Shown here: positions 47,832 to 56,953 of the stretch, one piece after another
How the letters are laid out: each line of letters opens with the position of its first letter
Numbering within the stretch: the first letter of the stretch is position 1
Virus record (IMG/VR): IMGVR_UViG_3300025875_000010
Span: 1 to 64,000 of that record
From: a virus
Lineage: Duplodnaviria; Caudoviricetes
Strand: one strand, 5' to 3'
DNA length: 64,000 bases
Made by a program: the position numbers and the translations under genes
Notes under the pieces: model-generated
What the model saw: only the letters and a program-made list of their open reading frames with translations
Database searches by the model: none
What the model was told of the DNA's origin: nothing

Positions 47832-49858
47832 TACGTCTCCTTAAAAATTATTGTGCCTTCTGGTGTTCCTGCTGGGGGAGAACTATCTGCTGGGCCTAGG
47901 ACTACAAAACCATTTGAAGTTCCACTATTTCCTCCAACCTTCTTTCCGTCTACCGGCGAAGTCGGCTTGCCTAGCTTAATTCTCAAGTCCCCATCTGGAT
48001 CGACCCATAAGTGATACTGACCAATCATAGGATGAACTGAGCTGTATTCGGACTGGAATGGTGGAACTACCGGAACCTTTACACCATTGATCGTAATATA
48101 TCCAAAGGAGTAAGTTACTGCATCGGACGGTGCCTGGATTGTAGCAGAGGCAGTTACAATATTTGATGACAATGTACCAGAAGTAACCCACGCCCTAATC
48201 GTACGTGGAGTCGTCTCTTCCACTGAATTATACACATATGTTCCATTGGCTGAGGCCGTGTCATTGATTGTACCATCTCCCCAATCAACATGATAAACCA
48301 AGGGAGTATTATTTGGATCGAACGATCCATCAAAACTGTAGGTAACCTCTAATGGGCCAACTCCTACTGTTGGAATTGGGCTTAAAATCTTAAAGGCCAA
48401 TACCGGAGCACCATCAGGAGCAATAATAGTTCCTGTTGACTTGGTTGCCGTAGAAGTTAATCCATTGGCATCTGTTGTCGTAACACTAATATCAAATGAT
48501 CTAGCCACTGTAATAGGATAAGTGTGACTTGCGGTCTTGGTTGGTTCATTTACCTGCTGAACCGATGAACCATCACCCCAGTTAATCTTATGGTTAGCCA
48601 TAGCATTTGTACCGGCCGTTGATGTAACTGTAACGGTAGCGGTCTGTGCGTTTACGGAAACGTTAAAGTTCGCTACCGGAGGATTTATAGTGACAACCGG
48701 ATCGGGAGTAGTGCCGCCGGGTGAGGTGACTGTTCCAGCAACCTTTCCCCAAGTGCCGTTTCCGCTAACTAACCAATCTCCCCATCGAGGGAGAAGTCTT
48801 CTAGCGTTGCGCTCTGACACCTGACTAGGAACCGGCCAATTAAGACCAGGGTATAGGTGATTAGCCACCCAAGGCTGAATGTGCATCCACTTATTGAATT
48901 CAGGTTCAGCGGGCAGCCATAGAGGCACATTCGATAGGTTCAGGTTGTCGCGCATGAAAAGAATGTTTCTCTTGATTGCTGAGTTTACCCAACTAGCTGC
49001 GTCAGCATATCCTGCATTAACTAGAATTGGAATAAGAACTAGCGCACCATCGATGCACTCATACTGGTAGTGAATTCCGTCACCGGTTCTCAATGGTGGC
49101 CCCCCAGAACGGGATGCGTCTTCTACGTTTGCACCAGATAGAACCTTATTTGCAACCTCGGCATTAATTACACCCTGTGAGCTTGGGTAGGTTGCCACGT
49201 CCCAACCAGAATTGAAAGATCCAGTAGCAATGAAGGTATTTTGAATAGTAGTATCTCCCAACCAGCGCTTGTAGAATCTAATCATTTCATCCAGAGTTCC
49301 TTGTACCGTAGTAGGCGCTCCCGATGGAACACCGGCCAAAGTAGTGATGCCGTGCTTTTTTAAATACAGCAAAATGATGATAGAAGATACACGAGCGCAT
49401 GCTCCCCAGTTGTTACCCGAAGTCTTACCACATTTGTATAATGAATTCCAGTTGGCCTGACCTGGCATCGTTGCATGAATTGCATAACGCCCCCATTCTA
49501 CCATCGTATTACGAGGGGCAGACTTTCCTGTGCTACGATGTGGGTCCATTCCTACAAGGTCGGCAGCCAAGAAGTAAACCCCCCAGGTGCGGTATGGATT
49601 TAACGGTTGATCGGTAGTAAGTTCAGTACCCATAGCCTCGATAATTTCAGATTCGACTTTAGCCTTGCCTAGACCGCCGCCGTCCTTGGAATATCTGATT
49701 GCAATATCCAATACATTCTGAGGGTGCAATTGGTCAACAACACCCATGTTTGCTGCGCCCGGATCGGCATTAGACTTTGAGGCCAATGAGGTCCAAGCTC
49801 CACCGCTGGTTGGCAATGAAGCTAGCGTTGTTTCCTTATATAGTAGATAATCTGGCAT
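47831..49858 (-). CDS. Alginate-lyase-like (alpha/alpha toroid) protein with two PKD domains
   Basis: LPTSGGAW...AADLV...NNWG...WLGD...YQYECIDG; PKD NWGDGS and DWGDGT; C-terminal YHLWVDPDGDLRIKLGKPTS. Confidence 0.65.
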   Translation of the reverse strand: MPDYLLYKETTLASLPTSGGAWTSLASKSNADPGAANMGVVDQLHPQNVLDIAIRYSKDGGGLGKAKVESEIIEAMGTELTTDQPLNPYRTWGVYFLAADLVGMDPHRSTGKSAPRNTMVEWGRYAIHATMPGQANWNSLYKCGKTSGNNWGACARVSSIIILLYLKKHGITTLAGVPSGAPTTVQGTLDEMIRFYKRWLGDTTIQNTFIATGSFNSGWDVATYPSSQGVINAEVANKVLSGANVEDASRSGGPPLRTGDGIHYQYECIDGALVLIPILVNAGYADAASWVNSAIKRNILFMRDNLNLSNVPLWLPAEPEFNKWMHIQPWVANHLYPGLNWPVPSQVSERNARRLLPRWGDWLVSGNGTWGKVAGTVTSPGGTTPDPVVTINPPVANFNVSVNAQTATVTVTSTAGTNAMANHKINWGDGSSVQQVNEPTKTASHTYPITVARSFDISVTTTDANGLTSTATKSTGTIIAPDGAPVLAFKILSPIPTVGVGPLEVTYSFDGSFDPNNTPLVYHVDWGDGTINDTASANGTYVYNSVEETTPRTIRAWVTSGTLSSNIVTASATIQAPSDAVTYSFGYITINGVKVPVVPPFQSEYSSVHPMIGQYHLWVDPDGDLRIKLGKPTSPVDGKKVGGNSGTSNGFVVLGPADSSPPAGTPEGTIIFKET

Positions 49859-49870
49859 CTGTCATTCTCC

Positions 49871-50653
49871 TTAAATTTCTGTTACTATCATATAAACTTG
49901 TGTTCCATCAGGTAGATTGGCTACGTCTGGATTAATTCCATAAACCGCGCCGCCACCCCCACCACCAGGCTGCGTTGACATTTCATCAATTCTCGAACTA
50001 AGAACATTTTGAATATTGTCAATGTAAATCTTTGGAGCCACTTGACGATCAGTTACAGGATCATTATCTATATGAATCTGACCAATGGTAAACGTATTAT
50101 CTGTGGCTCTTTTTACTAATGTTCCTCCACCGCTAACGCTAGTCGCAGCAGTCAAATCGGAATGGGTGTGATTACCTGCTGCCGCTGTCGCACTTGTGGT
50201 ACCCAAAACAACTGCCCCAATAATTGCTCTTACTGCCGGGGCATCTGCTGCGGTTAAAATACTTCTACCGGTTACAGACGAATCTGTAATGTTTGTTGAA
50301 ATAACTGCTCCGGCTGATCCGGCATCACCGCGAGGAATAGTTAAATTGAGAGAGTAATTTGGAGCGCTGCCCGTTATGGTGGCTGTAGCATTACTTCCCG
50401 GCGCTCCGGTAGAAACCGTACCGATTGTCATTGCTGCTGCTGGACCCGCAACTCCCGGATCACCCTTTGGAAGAACTAGATTAAGCGTTTGGTTTGGTGC
50501 CGTGCCAGTAATAGTTGCCGATGCACTTGCACCACCAGCGACTGTTCCTATTGTAAGAGTGTTTGAGAGACCATTTGGTCCTGGGTCTCCTCTAGGCCCT
50601 ACTGGACCCGGAGCGCCTGGTAATTCTATTGTTATTACCTGCGCTGGCATCAA
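49871..50653 (-). CDS. Collagen-like fibre protein
   Basis: GAPGPVGPRGDPGPNG; repeats shared with 42082-43305; APKIYID motif. Confidence 0.8.
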   Translation of the reverse strand: MMPAQVITIELPGAPGPVGPRGDPGPNGLSNTLTIGTVAGGASASATITGTAPNQTLNLVLPKGDPGVAGPAAAMTIGTVSTGAPGSNATATITGSAPNYSLNLTIPRGDAGSAGAVISTNITDSSVTGRSILTAADAPAVRAIIGAVVLGTTSATAAAGNHTHSDLTAATSVSGGGTLVKRATDNTFTIGQIHIDNDPVTDRQVAPKIYIDNIQNVLSSRIDEMSTQPGGGGGGAVYGINPDVANLPDGTQVYMIVTEI

Positions 50654-51045
50654 TCATCAACCTCGCCATGAACAACTACGTCACCGGCCAAATATGTCCT
50701 AGCATCACCGTTAGGTTCCACTATCTGAAAATTCCAGATGTAATCACCCGGTGGAATTGTCTTTGTAATTGAGGTTGGCATGTACAAATCTACCTTATTG
50801 GTATCACGAATAGTACACGTGTAATTATACTGAATTGGGCCAGATAGCGATGCACTAATCATTGCTTCCGCAGTCAATCCATTCAGATTAATAGGCTGTA
50901 GAACACCACTTGCGTCTTTGGCCTCCATGACAATTGTAAACTTTTGAGAGTCACCCTTCCAGATGGTCATGTTGTAGTTGCTTGGCAACTTTTGCATGCC
51001 AAAATTACCAGTGGGTACTTCCCCTGGAAAAATTACATCGGCCAT
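50650..51045 (-). CDS. BppU-N-like Ig-fold fibre anchor protein
   Basis: YNMTIWKGDSQKFTI...PINLNG..A...PPGDYIWNFQI...TYLAGDV.V. Confidence 0.6.
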   Translation of the reverse strand: MADVIFPGEVPTGNFGMQKLPSNYNMTIWKGDSQKFTIVMEAKDASGVLQPINLNGLTAEAMISASLSGPIQYNYTCTIRDTNKVDLYMPTSITKTIPPGDYIWNFQIVEPNGDARTYLAGDVVVHGEVDD

Positions 51046-51055
51046 TTGCTCACTC

Positions 51056-51343
51056 CTACTGTATTCTTAAAATTCCGCGAGTTATCTCCCGGTCATCTAG
51101 ATATAGTGTATAGTACATCACCGTAAATTCAAAATGAGTAGATTGCTCGGCAAGCACTCTCCACACTGCACCGGTCCTCAATCTTGAGAGGCCACCGTTC
51201 TTTACGGTAAACTCTCTGGCAAAAGAGCCTCTCTCCAAGATAACCTTAAAATCTCCATTGGGCAAGACGATAGATTTACCCTGTGCATTCTTGAAATTAA
51301 AGGTTTCCTCGAAGCTCTCGCCCTTTGTCAGAGTAAAATTCAT
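51056..51343 (-). CDS. Small Ig-fold protein similar to the downstream anchor
   Basis: LTKGESFEETFNF...YYTLYLD...TRGILRI. Confidence 0.55.
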   Translation of the reverse strand: MNFTLTKGESFEETFNFKNAQGKSIVLPNGDFKVILERGSFAREFTVKNGGLSRLRTGAVWRVLAEQSTHFEFTVMYYTLYLDDREITRGILRIQ

Positions 51344-51777
51344 TAGCCTGCGTAGAACTCTCTGAGTTCTCTTGGTGTAGCTACTCTGAACCCGCCGTCT
51401 ACCTCAACCAAATAATCTGCATCCTCTTCCTTTACAAGAGCATATGGGTGCTGACGATTGAACTTGTATCCTCGAATCTCATAAGAGAAGTTGGTACGGA
51501 TCATCTTGACGACGACATATTCGTCCTCTTCCTCTTCCACGACCACCTCTTCTTCCACTGTTCCGGTAAAATCCTCAGGAATTAAAGCAATTTCCTCTTC
51601 TTCTATTTCAGGCTCTAGAGTCTCCTCATACATAAGCCAAGTAACTCCCATCTCACCAAGCTCGGTAAGAATATCGGCCTTCTTTGTCTTGCCGTCCAAG
51701 TCAACTGCAAACTGCCTTGCAACCTCTTTTAGCTCAGGAATAGTTAATTCTTTAAAACTCTTATCTCCTAGTGCCAT
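51343..51777 (-). CDS. Rho-N/HeH-like domain acidic protein
   Basis: LTIPELKEVARQFAVDLDGKTKKADIL followed by an acidic tract. Confidence 0.6.
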   Translation of the reverse strand: MALGDKSFKELTIPELKEVARQFAVDLDGKTKKADILTELGEMGVTWLMYEETLEPEIEEEEIALIPEDFTGTVEEEVVVEEEEDEYVVVKMIRTNFSYEIRGYKFNRQHPYALVKEEDADYLVEVDGGFRVATPRELREFYAG

Positions 51778-51805
51778 TTAAATCAAATCCTCTCTGTTGA
51801 ACTTC

Positions 51806-51834
51806 ATTGTATCTGGTGATCTGTTTTAAGTCAA
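51806..51834 (-). promoter_or_regulatory. Sigma-A promoter
   Basis: TTGACT-N17-TACAAT. Confidence 0.75.
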
Positions 51835-51843
51835 TTAAAGCCA

Positions 51844-51877
51844 GAAAGACCGGGAAGGTTTCCCCTCCCGGTCTTTC
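51844..51877 (-). terminator. Terminator after the capsid gene
   Basis: GAAAGACCGGGA-N10-TCCCGGTCTTTC, a 12-bp stem. Confidence 0.8.
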
Positions 51878-51888
51878 ATGGACTGTTA

Positions 51889-52890
51889 TCAGGCTCCTGT
51901 ACCGACTCCAATGTTACGGACGATTACGAATGCCTCAGTGTTCTCGATCTGAGTTCCTACACGGCAGAACATGGTGTACTCAATTGTGTCCTTCTTGGCT
52001 GCGTACTGGCGTACGACCTTGATTTCACGCTTGACTCCCCATAGAAGGTTCTGTGGGAAGGTTAGCCATAGCTCACCGTGGTCACCTGTAGCACCAGAGT
52101 AGCTTCCGTCCTGGGTCTCATCGAATAGTGGAACCTCCTGTAGAGGCACTCCGAATAGACGACCAGCGTTGAATCCAGCGGCTCCGTCAGGTACAACCTG
52201 TGCGTTAGTGTCTCCATAAGTTGCAAGATTAACGTCAAGCGTACGAGAGTAAAGCCAATCCTGAATCAAGTTGCTTCCTGCGAAGAACTTCAACTGTCCT
52301 CTGCGCTGCATGAACTTACGTGGCATTGCCTTAATTGCAGCGTTAGCTGCGGCAAGGTTAAGTGGCTCTCCACCGTTGTCAATGATGTGGGCTGCACCAT
52401 CGGTTGTACCGTTGATAGCAAGCTTCCTCCAACCATCGAAGACCTTTAGGGTCTTGTCAGAGCTGGTGGTATCACCATTAATTGCCAAGTCCTCCAAGTC
52501 CATTCCGGCCTGAGTTGCCATTAGGCGCGCGATGTGATCCTCCAATGCCTCACCCTCAAGGTTGTCCTCAAGTGTTTCGGTTGAAAGCTCCCAGTCAAGA
52601 CGTAGCTTGTGGGTACGCATGTTGATCTTAGAGAAGAATACACCCTGGTTTTCACCAGTGTCTACCGCCTCTACAGCACCACGTAGCAAGCGCTGTCCGA
52701 CACCGATACGATCAATTTCCTGCTCAGTAGAGCGCATGCGGATTGTGCGAACCTGACCACCTAGGACTGTTGAGTCCCACATGTAGTCGATGAACTGATT
52801 TGCCTGCTCCGGAGCCAAAAGGCCAGAGCCAGGTGGGGAACCAATCTCGGTAGAGACGATTACCTTTTCAAGTAGTTCGTTGTTGCTCAT
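51889..52890 (-). CDS. Major capsid protein (HK97 fold)
   Basis: GLLAPEQANQFID...LSTETLEDNLEG...EDLAINGD...FGVPL...GVKREI; strong RBS. Confidence 0.93.
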   Translation of the reverse strand: MSNNELLEKVIVSTEIGSPPGSGLLAPEQANQFIDYMWDSTVLGGQVRTIRMRSTEQEIDRIGVGQRLLRGAVEAVDTGENQGVFFSKINMRTHKLRLDWELSTETLEDNLEGEALEDHIARLMATQAGMDLEDLAINGDTTSSDKTLKVFDGWRKLAINGTTDGAAHIIDNGGEPLNLAAANAAIKAMPRKFMQRRGQLKFFAGSNLIQDWLYSRTLDVNLATYGDTNAQVVPDGAAGFNAGRLFGVPLQEVPLFDETQDGSYSGATGDHGELWLTFPQNLLWGVKREIKVVRQYAAKKDTIEYTMFCRVGTQIENTEAFVIVRNIGVGTGA

Positions 52891-52955
52891 ATTATATTTT
52901 CACCTCCCGAGTGAAATAAAGTATTTGGTATTACAAACTTACATGGTGCGTTGGA

Positions 52956-53543
52956 TCAGCGAAGGCCGTCCATTGAGAAGATAGTACCGCGCCACATACC
53001 ATTGCTCTTCTGTAGAGAAGATTCTTCCTCAGACCCGCCAAGGTCTGCGGACTTTCTAACTGCACCTGACTTCTCAACTGCGCCCAGCTTCTCCTGAACA
53101 CCATTAAACTTTTCTGTCAAGGTACCAAATCTATTGCTTAGCTCATCGTGCTTTGTAGCTAGGTCTTCAAGTCCCTTTTCGAACTTTTCAGTGGCCTGCG
53201 CTAGAGCTTCGGCATTCTTACTGCCGTGATCTTCCAAAGTTGATTCAATGCTCTTACGTAGATCATCAAACATCTTGGTTAGAGGATTCTCCTCAACATC
53301 GCCGTCCTTAGGAGCGTCCTGGTTAAGTACCTCTGCCTCTTCTACCTTTTCTGCACCGGTTCCGGTAACGCTTACGTTCTCGTCCTTTACCTCAGTTGCA
53401 GTGTCGGCTTCCTCACCCTCAGGTGCGATAGTCTCGCTATCACCCTTAGGAGAAACTTCCTCAGCAGACTCAACCTGAGTGTCAGTGTTTTCAACAACAT
53501 CCTCAGGGGTGTTTACATCTTCTTCGTTCTTCTTTTCTGCCAT
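52956..53543 (-). CDS. Probable nested in-frame scaffold protein (195 aa)
   Basis: GAGGGAGGTGAAAAC-ATG(53543) strong internal RBS; MAEKKNEEDV... Confidence 0.65.
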   Translation of the reverse strand: MAEKKNEEDVNTPEDVVENTDTQVESAEEVSPKGDSETIAPEGEEADTATEVKDENVSVTGTGAEKVEEAEVLNQDAPKDGDVEENPLTKMFDDLRKSIESTLEDHGSKNAEALAQATEKFEKGLEDLATKHDELSNRFGTLTEKFNGVQEKLGAVEKSGAVRKSADLGGSEEESSLQKSNGMWRGTIFSMDGLR

Positions 53544-54293
53544 GTTTTCACCTCCCTCAGTTGATTCAAACTTCTCGATAATGGTGTTAACCTTTTCTGC
53601 CTTGTCACCGCCATCGCTCTCAAACCATCCAATGTTCTGCATCGGTGCGCCACAATCGACGCAATCCTTGGTCTCGTCCGAAGCCACAACTGCTACCGGC
53701 TCATCACCCTTCTTGCAGTAGAAAACATTTTGAAGTTCCATCTTGGCTAGCATTCCGTCTACTTCGGTGGAACCGTCAGCAGCCTTCTGAATGCTAAGAA
53801 TGTTTGATAGCTGATTGGCTGGGTTATCAACAAGTGATAGCTCTACCATTTCGTAATCCTTGATGTATCTAATAGCCTTACCGGCGTCCTTGTTAAATTT
53901 GCTTTCAGCGTCCTTAACGTTACCGCCGATGCTGAAACCGGTTAGAGTGCCATCGTTAACCATTTCCCAAATGTGCTCTGCACCCTTGGAAATATATGCG
54001 TCAACGTAAATTCCGGTATAAGTCTTTTTAGTCTTCGTGTCAAAGAATTCTTCCTCGCGGGCGTTAACTAGCTTGCCTGCTGGAACTGGCTGATGCATAA
54101 GACGAATGTTTCCACGGAAGTTAGCAAAAGCCTTAGCTGATGCCTCCTTGGTTACAATGTCGCCGTGCAAATCTTCTGAGTCGAGCGTGGCGAAGCCAGA
54201 GACAATTCGCCTCTCCTTGTCCACCTTCTGCAATGGCATGGTGATGCGAATGTTATCGCCTTCACTCTGCCAATTAGCCTTTTCTACTCTCAT
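52956..54293 (-). CDS. Capsid maturation protease with fused scaffold
   Basis: RRIVSGFAT..SED.HGD...IRLMH...LTGFSIGG...ELSLVDNPAN; acidic/coiled-coil C-terminal half. Confidence 0.88.
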   Translation of the reverse strand: MRVEKANWQSEGDNIRITMPLQKVDKERRIVSGFATLDSEDLHGDIVTKEASAKAFANFRGNIRLMHQPVPAGKLVNAREEEFFDTKTKKTYTGIYVDAYISKGAEHIWEMVNDGTLTGFSIGGNVKDAESKFNKDAGKAIRYIKDYEMVELSLVDNPANQLSNILSIQKAADGSTEVDGMLAKMELQNVFYCKKGDEPVAVVASDETKDCVDCGAPMQNIGWFESDGGDKAEKVNTIIEKFESTEGGENMAEKKNEEDVNTPEDVVENTDTQVESAEEVSPKGDSETIAPEGEEADTATEVKDENVSVTGTGAEKVEEAEVLNQDAPKDGDVEENPLTKMFDDLRKSIESTLEDHGSKNAEALAQATEKFEKGLEDLATKHDELSNRFGTLTEKFNGVQEKLGAVEKSGAVRKSADLGGSEEESSLQKSNGMWRGTIFSMDGLR

Positions 54294-54925
54294 AGGTAAA
54301 TGTTAACACCGTTTTCTTCAAAAGCAAAATCAAACACATACGTACGGTAATCAGCAGAGCTTCGGTTGCCCTTTGATGAATTACACGATCTACAAAGCGG
54401 TTGCAAATTATCAATCAAATTGCTTCCACCTTGCGTAATCGGCACTACATGATCTATAGCAATATTATCTCTGGAGCCGCACGCCAAACATTTCTTTCCA
54501 TAAGCTAGGAAAATAGCCTCAATAACATCCGCTGTAATAACACCACTTGAAAGTTTTTTCTTAGAATTATAGTTGTGCCAAGCTGCTTTGTGTCTTTCAG
54601 GGTTTGCCTTATATGGTGGATTAAGACTATTGCGCTGCCTCTTCATCTCTCGATAGCAAAGGCGGCAGCGGCTCTCTCTACCATCCGTAGAGTTAGTTCG
54701 TAAGTTAAATTCTACTAATGCTTTTACCTTTTGACAAGAAATACATTTCTTGTCTGTTGCGCGGGCACGGTTCTGAACAGCAACCACTCTTAACACACTC
54801 TTGGCGTCTTTATTTTTTCTACAAATTTTGCAAACCGTTTGCAATCCATCTTTAGCTAAAGAGTTTCGGCCAAAATTTTCAAATAACTTAGACTCCATAC
54901 AAACCGCACATATTTTAGTTATCAT
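54290..54925 (-). CDS. HNH homing endonuclease between portal and protease
   Basis: Two CxxC..DG..CxxC repeats; CLACGS...IDHVVPITQGGSN...LCRSCNSSKG; 4-bp overlaps on both sides. Confidence 0.9.
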   Translation of the reverse strand: MITKICAVCMESKLFENFGRNSLAKDGLQTVCKICRKNKDAKSVLRVVAVQNRARATDKKCISCQKVKALVEFNLRTNSTDGRESRCRLCYREMKRQRNSLNPPYKANPERHKAAWHNYNSKKKLSSGVITADVIEAIFLAYGKKCLACGSRDNIAIDHVVPITQGGSNLIDNLQPLCRSCNSSKGNRSSADYRTYVFDFAFEENGVNIYL

Positions 54926-56616
54926 GACTGTGTGCGACCGGCGCCCTGCGAAGCGCGTCCTTCACCGGCTGAGTCGGTGGCGTTGGCTGTACGTGCCTGG
55001 TCACGACTTCTATTTCCCGTAGCCTGAGCACGCTGTTCAGCGCCCGGCCCACCTGACGCTGCCTTTACCTTAGCCGCCTCGGCCGCCTGCTTCTCCTGAG
55101 CCTTAAGCTGCTTATTCTGGAATTCAACAGTTTCTGGTGCGATGGCACTTGCTGCAACCATTGGACGCTCATCTCCCCAAGGTAGGGGAGATTGGCCCTT
55201 ACGAGCACGAACCTCGTTAACCGTCTCAATAGCCAAACGAAGATTACGCTCATCAATCTTAGACTGTGTATCTTCGTCAGTAAGAGCAAGCTCATTTAAC
55301 TTTAGACGGAAAATGTCAGTTAGCTCACCAACTACACGATTAATCTTCTTTTCTAACATCTTCTGCTCGGGACGACAAACCTGTTCCTTGAATGTCTTGT
55401 CTGCATCTCTTGCGGCAGCTAAACCACCAGTAGATTCTGATAGTGATACTTTTGTAACCGGCACTCCATGAGCCATAAGAATATCTGAAATGTTACCACG
55501 ACGATAATTAACGAAGCTGGAATCCTGTGTACCGGCCTCTACTGGCTTCATTTCAAAGCTAGCCTTTTGGTCCTGCTGATCGGCAGGTAACGGAACATAA
55601 ATAGTTCTGTGGTTGCGCCCCTTCAATCCTGTTTCAAAAAACTCTAGAAGATTCTGTTCGCCCTGGCTACTAAATGAAGCTCCCTTAACTACAATAACAT
55701 AACGAGGAACTGCCTTGTTTTCAAAGTAATCAAGGTTGAATCTTGCTGCAAACTCATTACCTACAATTGCCTGCTGGGCAGCTACAATATTGGGTACACC
55801 ATAGAACTGGCTGGTTGGGCTGTACTTCTTAATATGAATAATTTCATTTGGACGTGAGTCATTGCCAATAGGATTTGAAATGGTTTCACCGAAGTTTCGA
55901 TAGAATGTCGCCCTATTGCTGACCATTTGCACGTAGCCATCGCGCTCCTTACGGATTCGAATGGTCGATGCTGGAATGTGACCAATGTAACCAACCGTGC
56001 CATCGAGAGTACGACCAATTTCTATGTAACCGTTTCCAGTAACTTCGTAATCAGTCCACACCTTTATCAAAGTCTCAGAAAATGTATCTTCTGCATTGCA
56101 GTCATCTAGATAATCATAAATGGCTTCCTTTGTGCGATCAAGCTTTTTGCGCATTCTCTCCTTGGCATCGCCTTCCGCGTCGCTTAGCTTGCGCTGCATA
56201 GAATGAGTAAAAACAAAATCAAACCCCAAACCGGCGATGTTAGCAACCTTGGCTCTAACCGCAGCAGCATGAGGTGCTGACATTTCATAAATTTTAGCTA
56301 AGTAATCTAGGTTGTACTTAGGTAATACAACACCAAATAAATTATAAGCATCAATAGTTGATTCTAACTCGTCGCGCTTTGTACCGGCATCGGCGTGGCC
56401 TGAGTAAACCTTTTCCATCCTGCGGGTCTGTGTGCGCTTGGTGTTTGCATCAAGACCACGAACCTTCTTTAAATCTGAGCCGCTGACTGAGAATGGGTCA
56501 ACAACATCGTTAACTAGCTCTCTATTGGTCTTAATTAACGTGGGGGAAAGAAGGGTCTGCTCATCGTCGGACTCTACGTTCCGATTGCGACGCGCTCCTG
56601 CTACCCTATCAGCCAT
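54922..56616 (-). CDS. Portal protein
   Basis: DYEVTGNGYIEIGR...HIPAST.R...EIIHIK.Y...YGVP...YFENKAVP...ILMAHGVP...TVNEVR. Confidence 0.93.
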   Translation of the reverse strand: MADRVAGARRNRNVESDDEQTLLSPTLIKTNRELVNDVVDPFSVSGSDLKKVRGLDANTKRTQTRRMEKVYSGHADAGTKRDELESTIDAYNLFGVVLPKYNLDYLAKIYEMSAPHAAAVRAKVANIAGLGFDFVFTHSMQRKLSDAEGDAKERMRKKLDRTKEAIYDYLDDCNAEDTFSETLIKVWTDYEVTGNGYIEIGRTLDGTVGYIGHIPASTIRIRKERDGYVQMVSNRATFYRNFGETISNPIGNDSRPNEIIHIKKYSPTSQFYGVPNIVAAQQAIVGNEFAARFNLDYFENKAVPRYVIVVKGASFSSQGEQNLLEFFETGLKGRNHRTIYVPLPADQQDQKASFEMKPVEAGTQDSSFVNYRRGNISDILMAHGVPVTKVSLSESTGGLAAARDADKTFKEQVCRPEQKMLEKKINRVVGELTDIFRLKLNELALTDEDTQSKIDERNLRLAIETVNEVRARKGQSPLPWGDERPMVAASAIAPETVEFQNKQLKAQEKQAAEAAKVKAASGGPGAEQRAQATGNRSRDQARTANATDSAGEGRASQGAGRTQS

Positions 56617-56947
56617 TCTTGTCTAGCTCCTTTTGATACTTGTATTCATCAATTAAATTACCAATATCATATGGGTCTGGCGTCTCACCATTCTGCATGC
56701 GTGCCATTTCTTCTTCCCATTCACCTTCGCTAATTGGACGGGCTCCCTCTTCAAAAACCGGACCGCCCTCCATAATGCCCAACTCATTGTGAACAAAGGC
56801 AATCAACTTAGCAACAGCTTTCATGTCACCCCTGCGTGCGGGTGCGACAAGATAATTAAAGTTTTCGTCTACAACAGGCTTTCCATCAATTCTCCAAGTG
56901 TAAACACCATAGGGAATGCCTTCGTCAACAATCTTATATCCGCTCAT
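56609..56947 (-). CDS. Hypothetical protein upstream of portal
   Basis: YGVYTW...ETPDPYD; leaderless promoter. Confidence 0.7.
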   Translation of the reverse strand: MSGYKIVDEGIPYGVYTWRIDGKPVVDENFNYLVAPARRGDMKAVAKLIAFVHNELGIMEGGPVFEEGARPISEGEWEEEMARMQNGETPDPYDIGNLIDEYKYQKELDKNG

Positions 56948-56953
56948 AAATTT

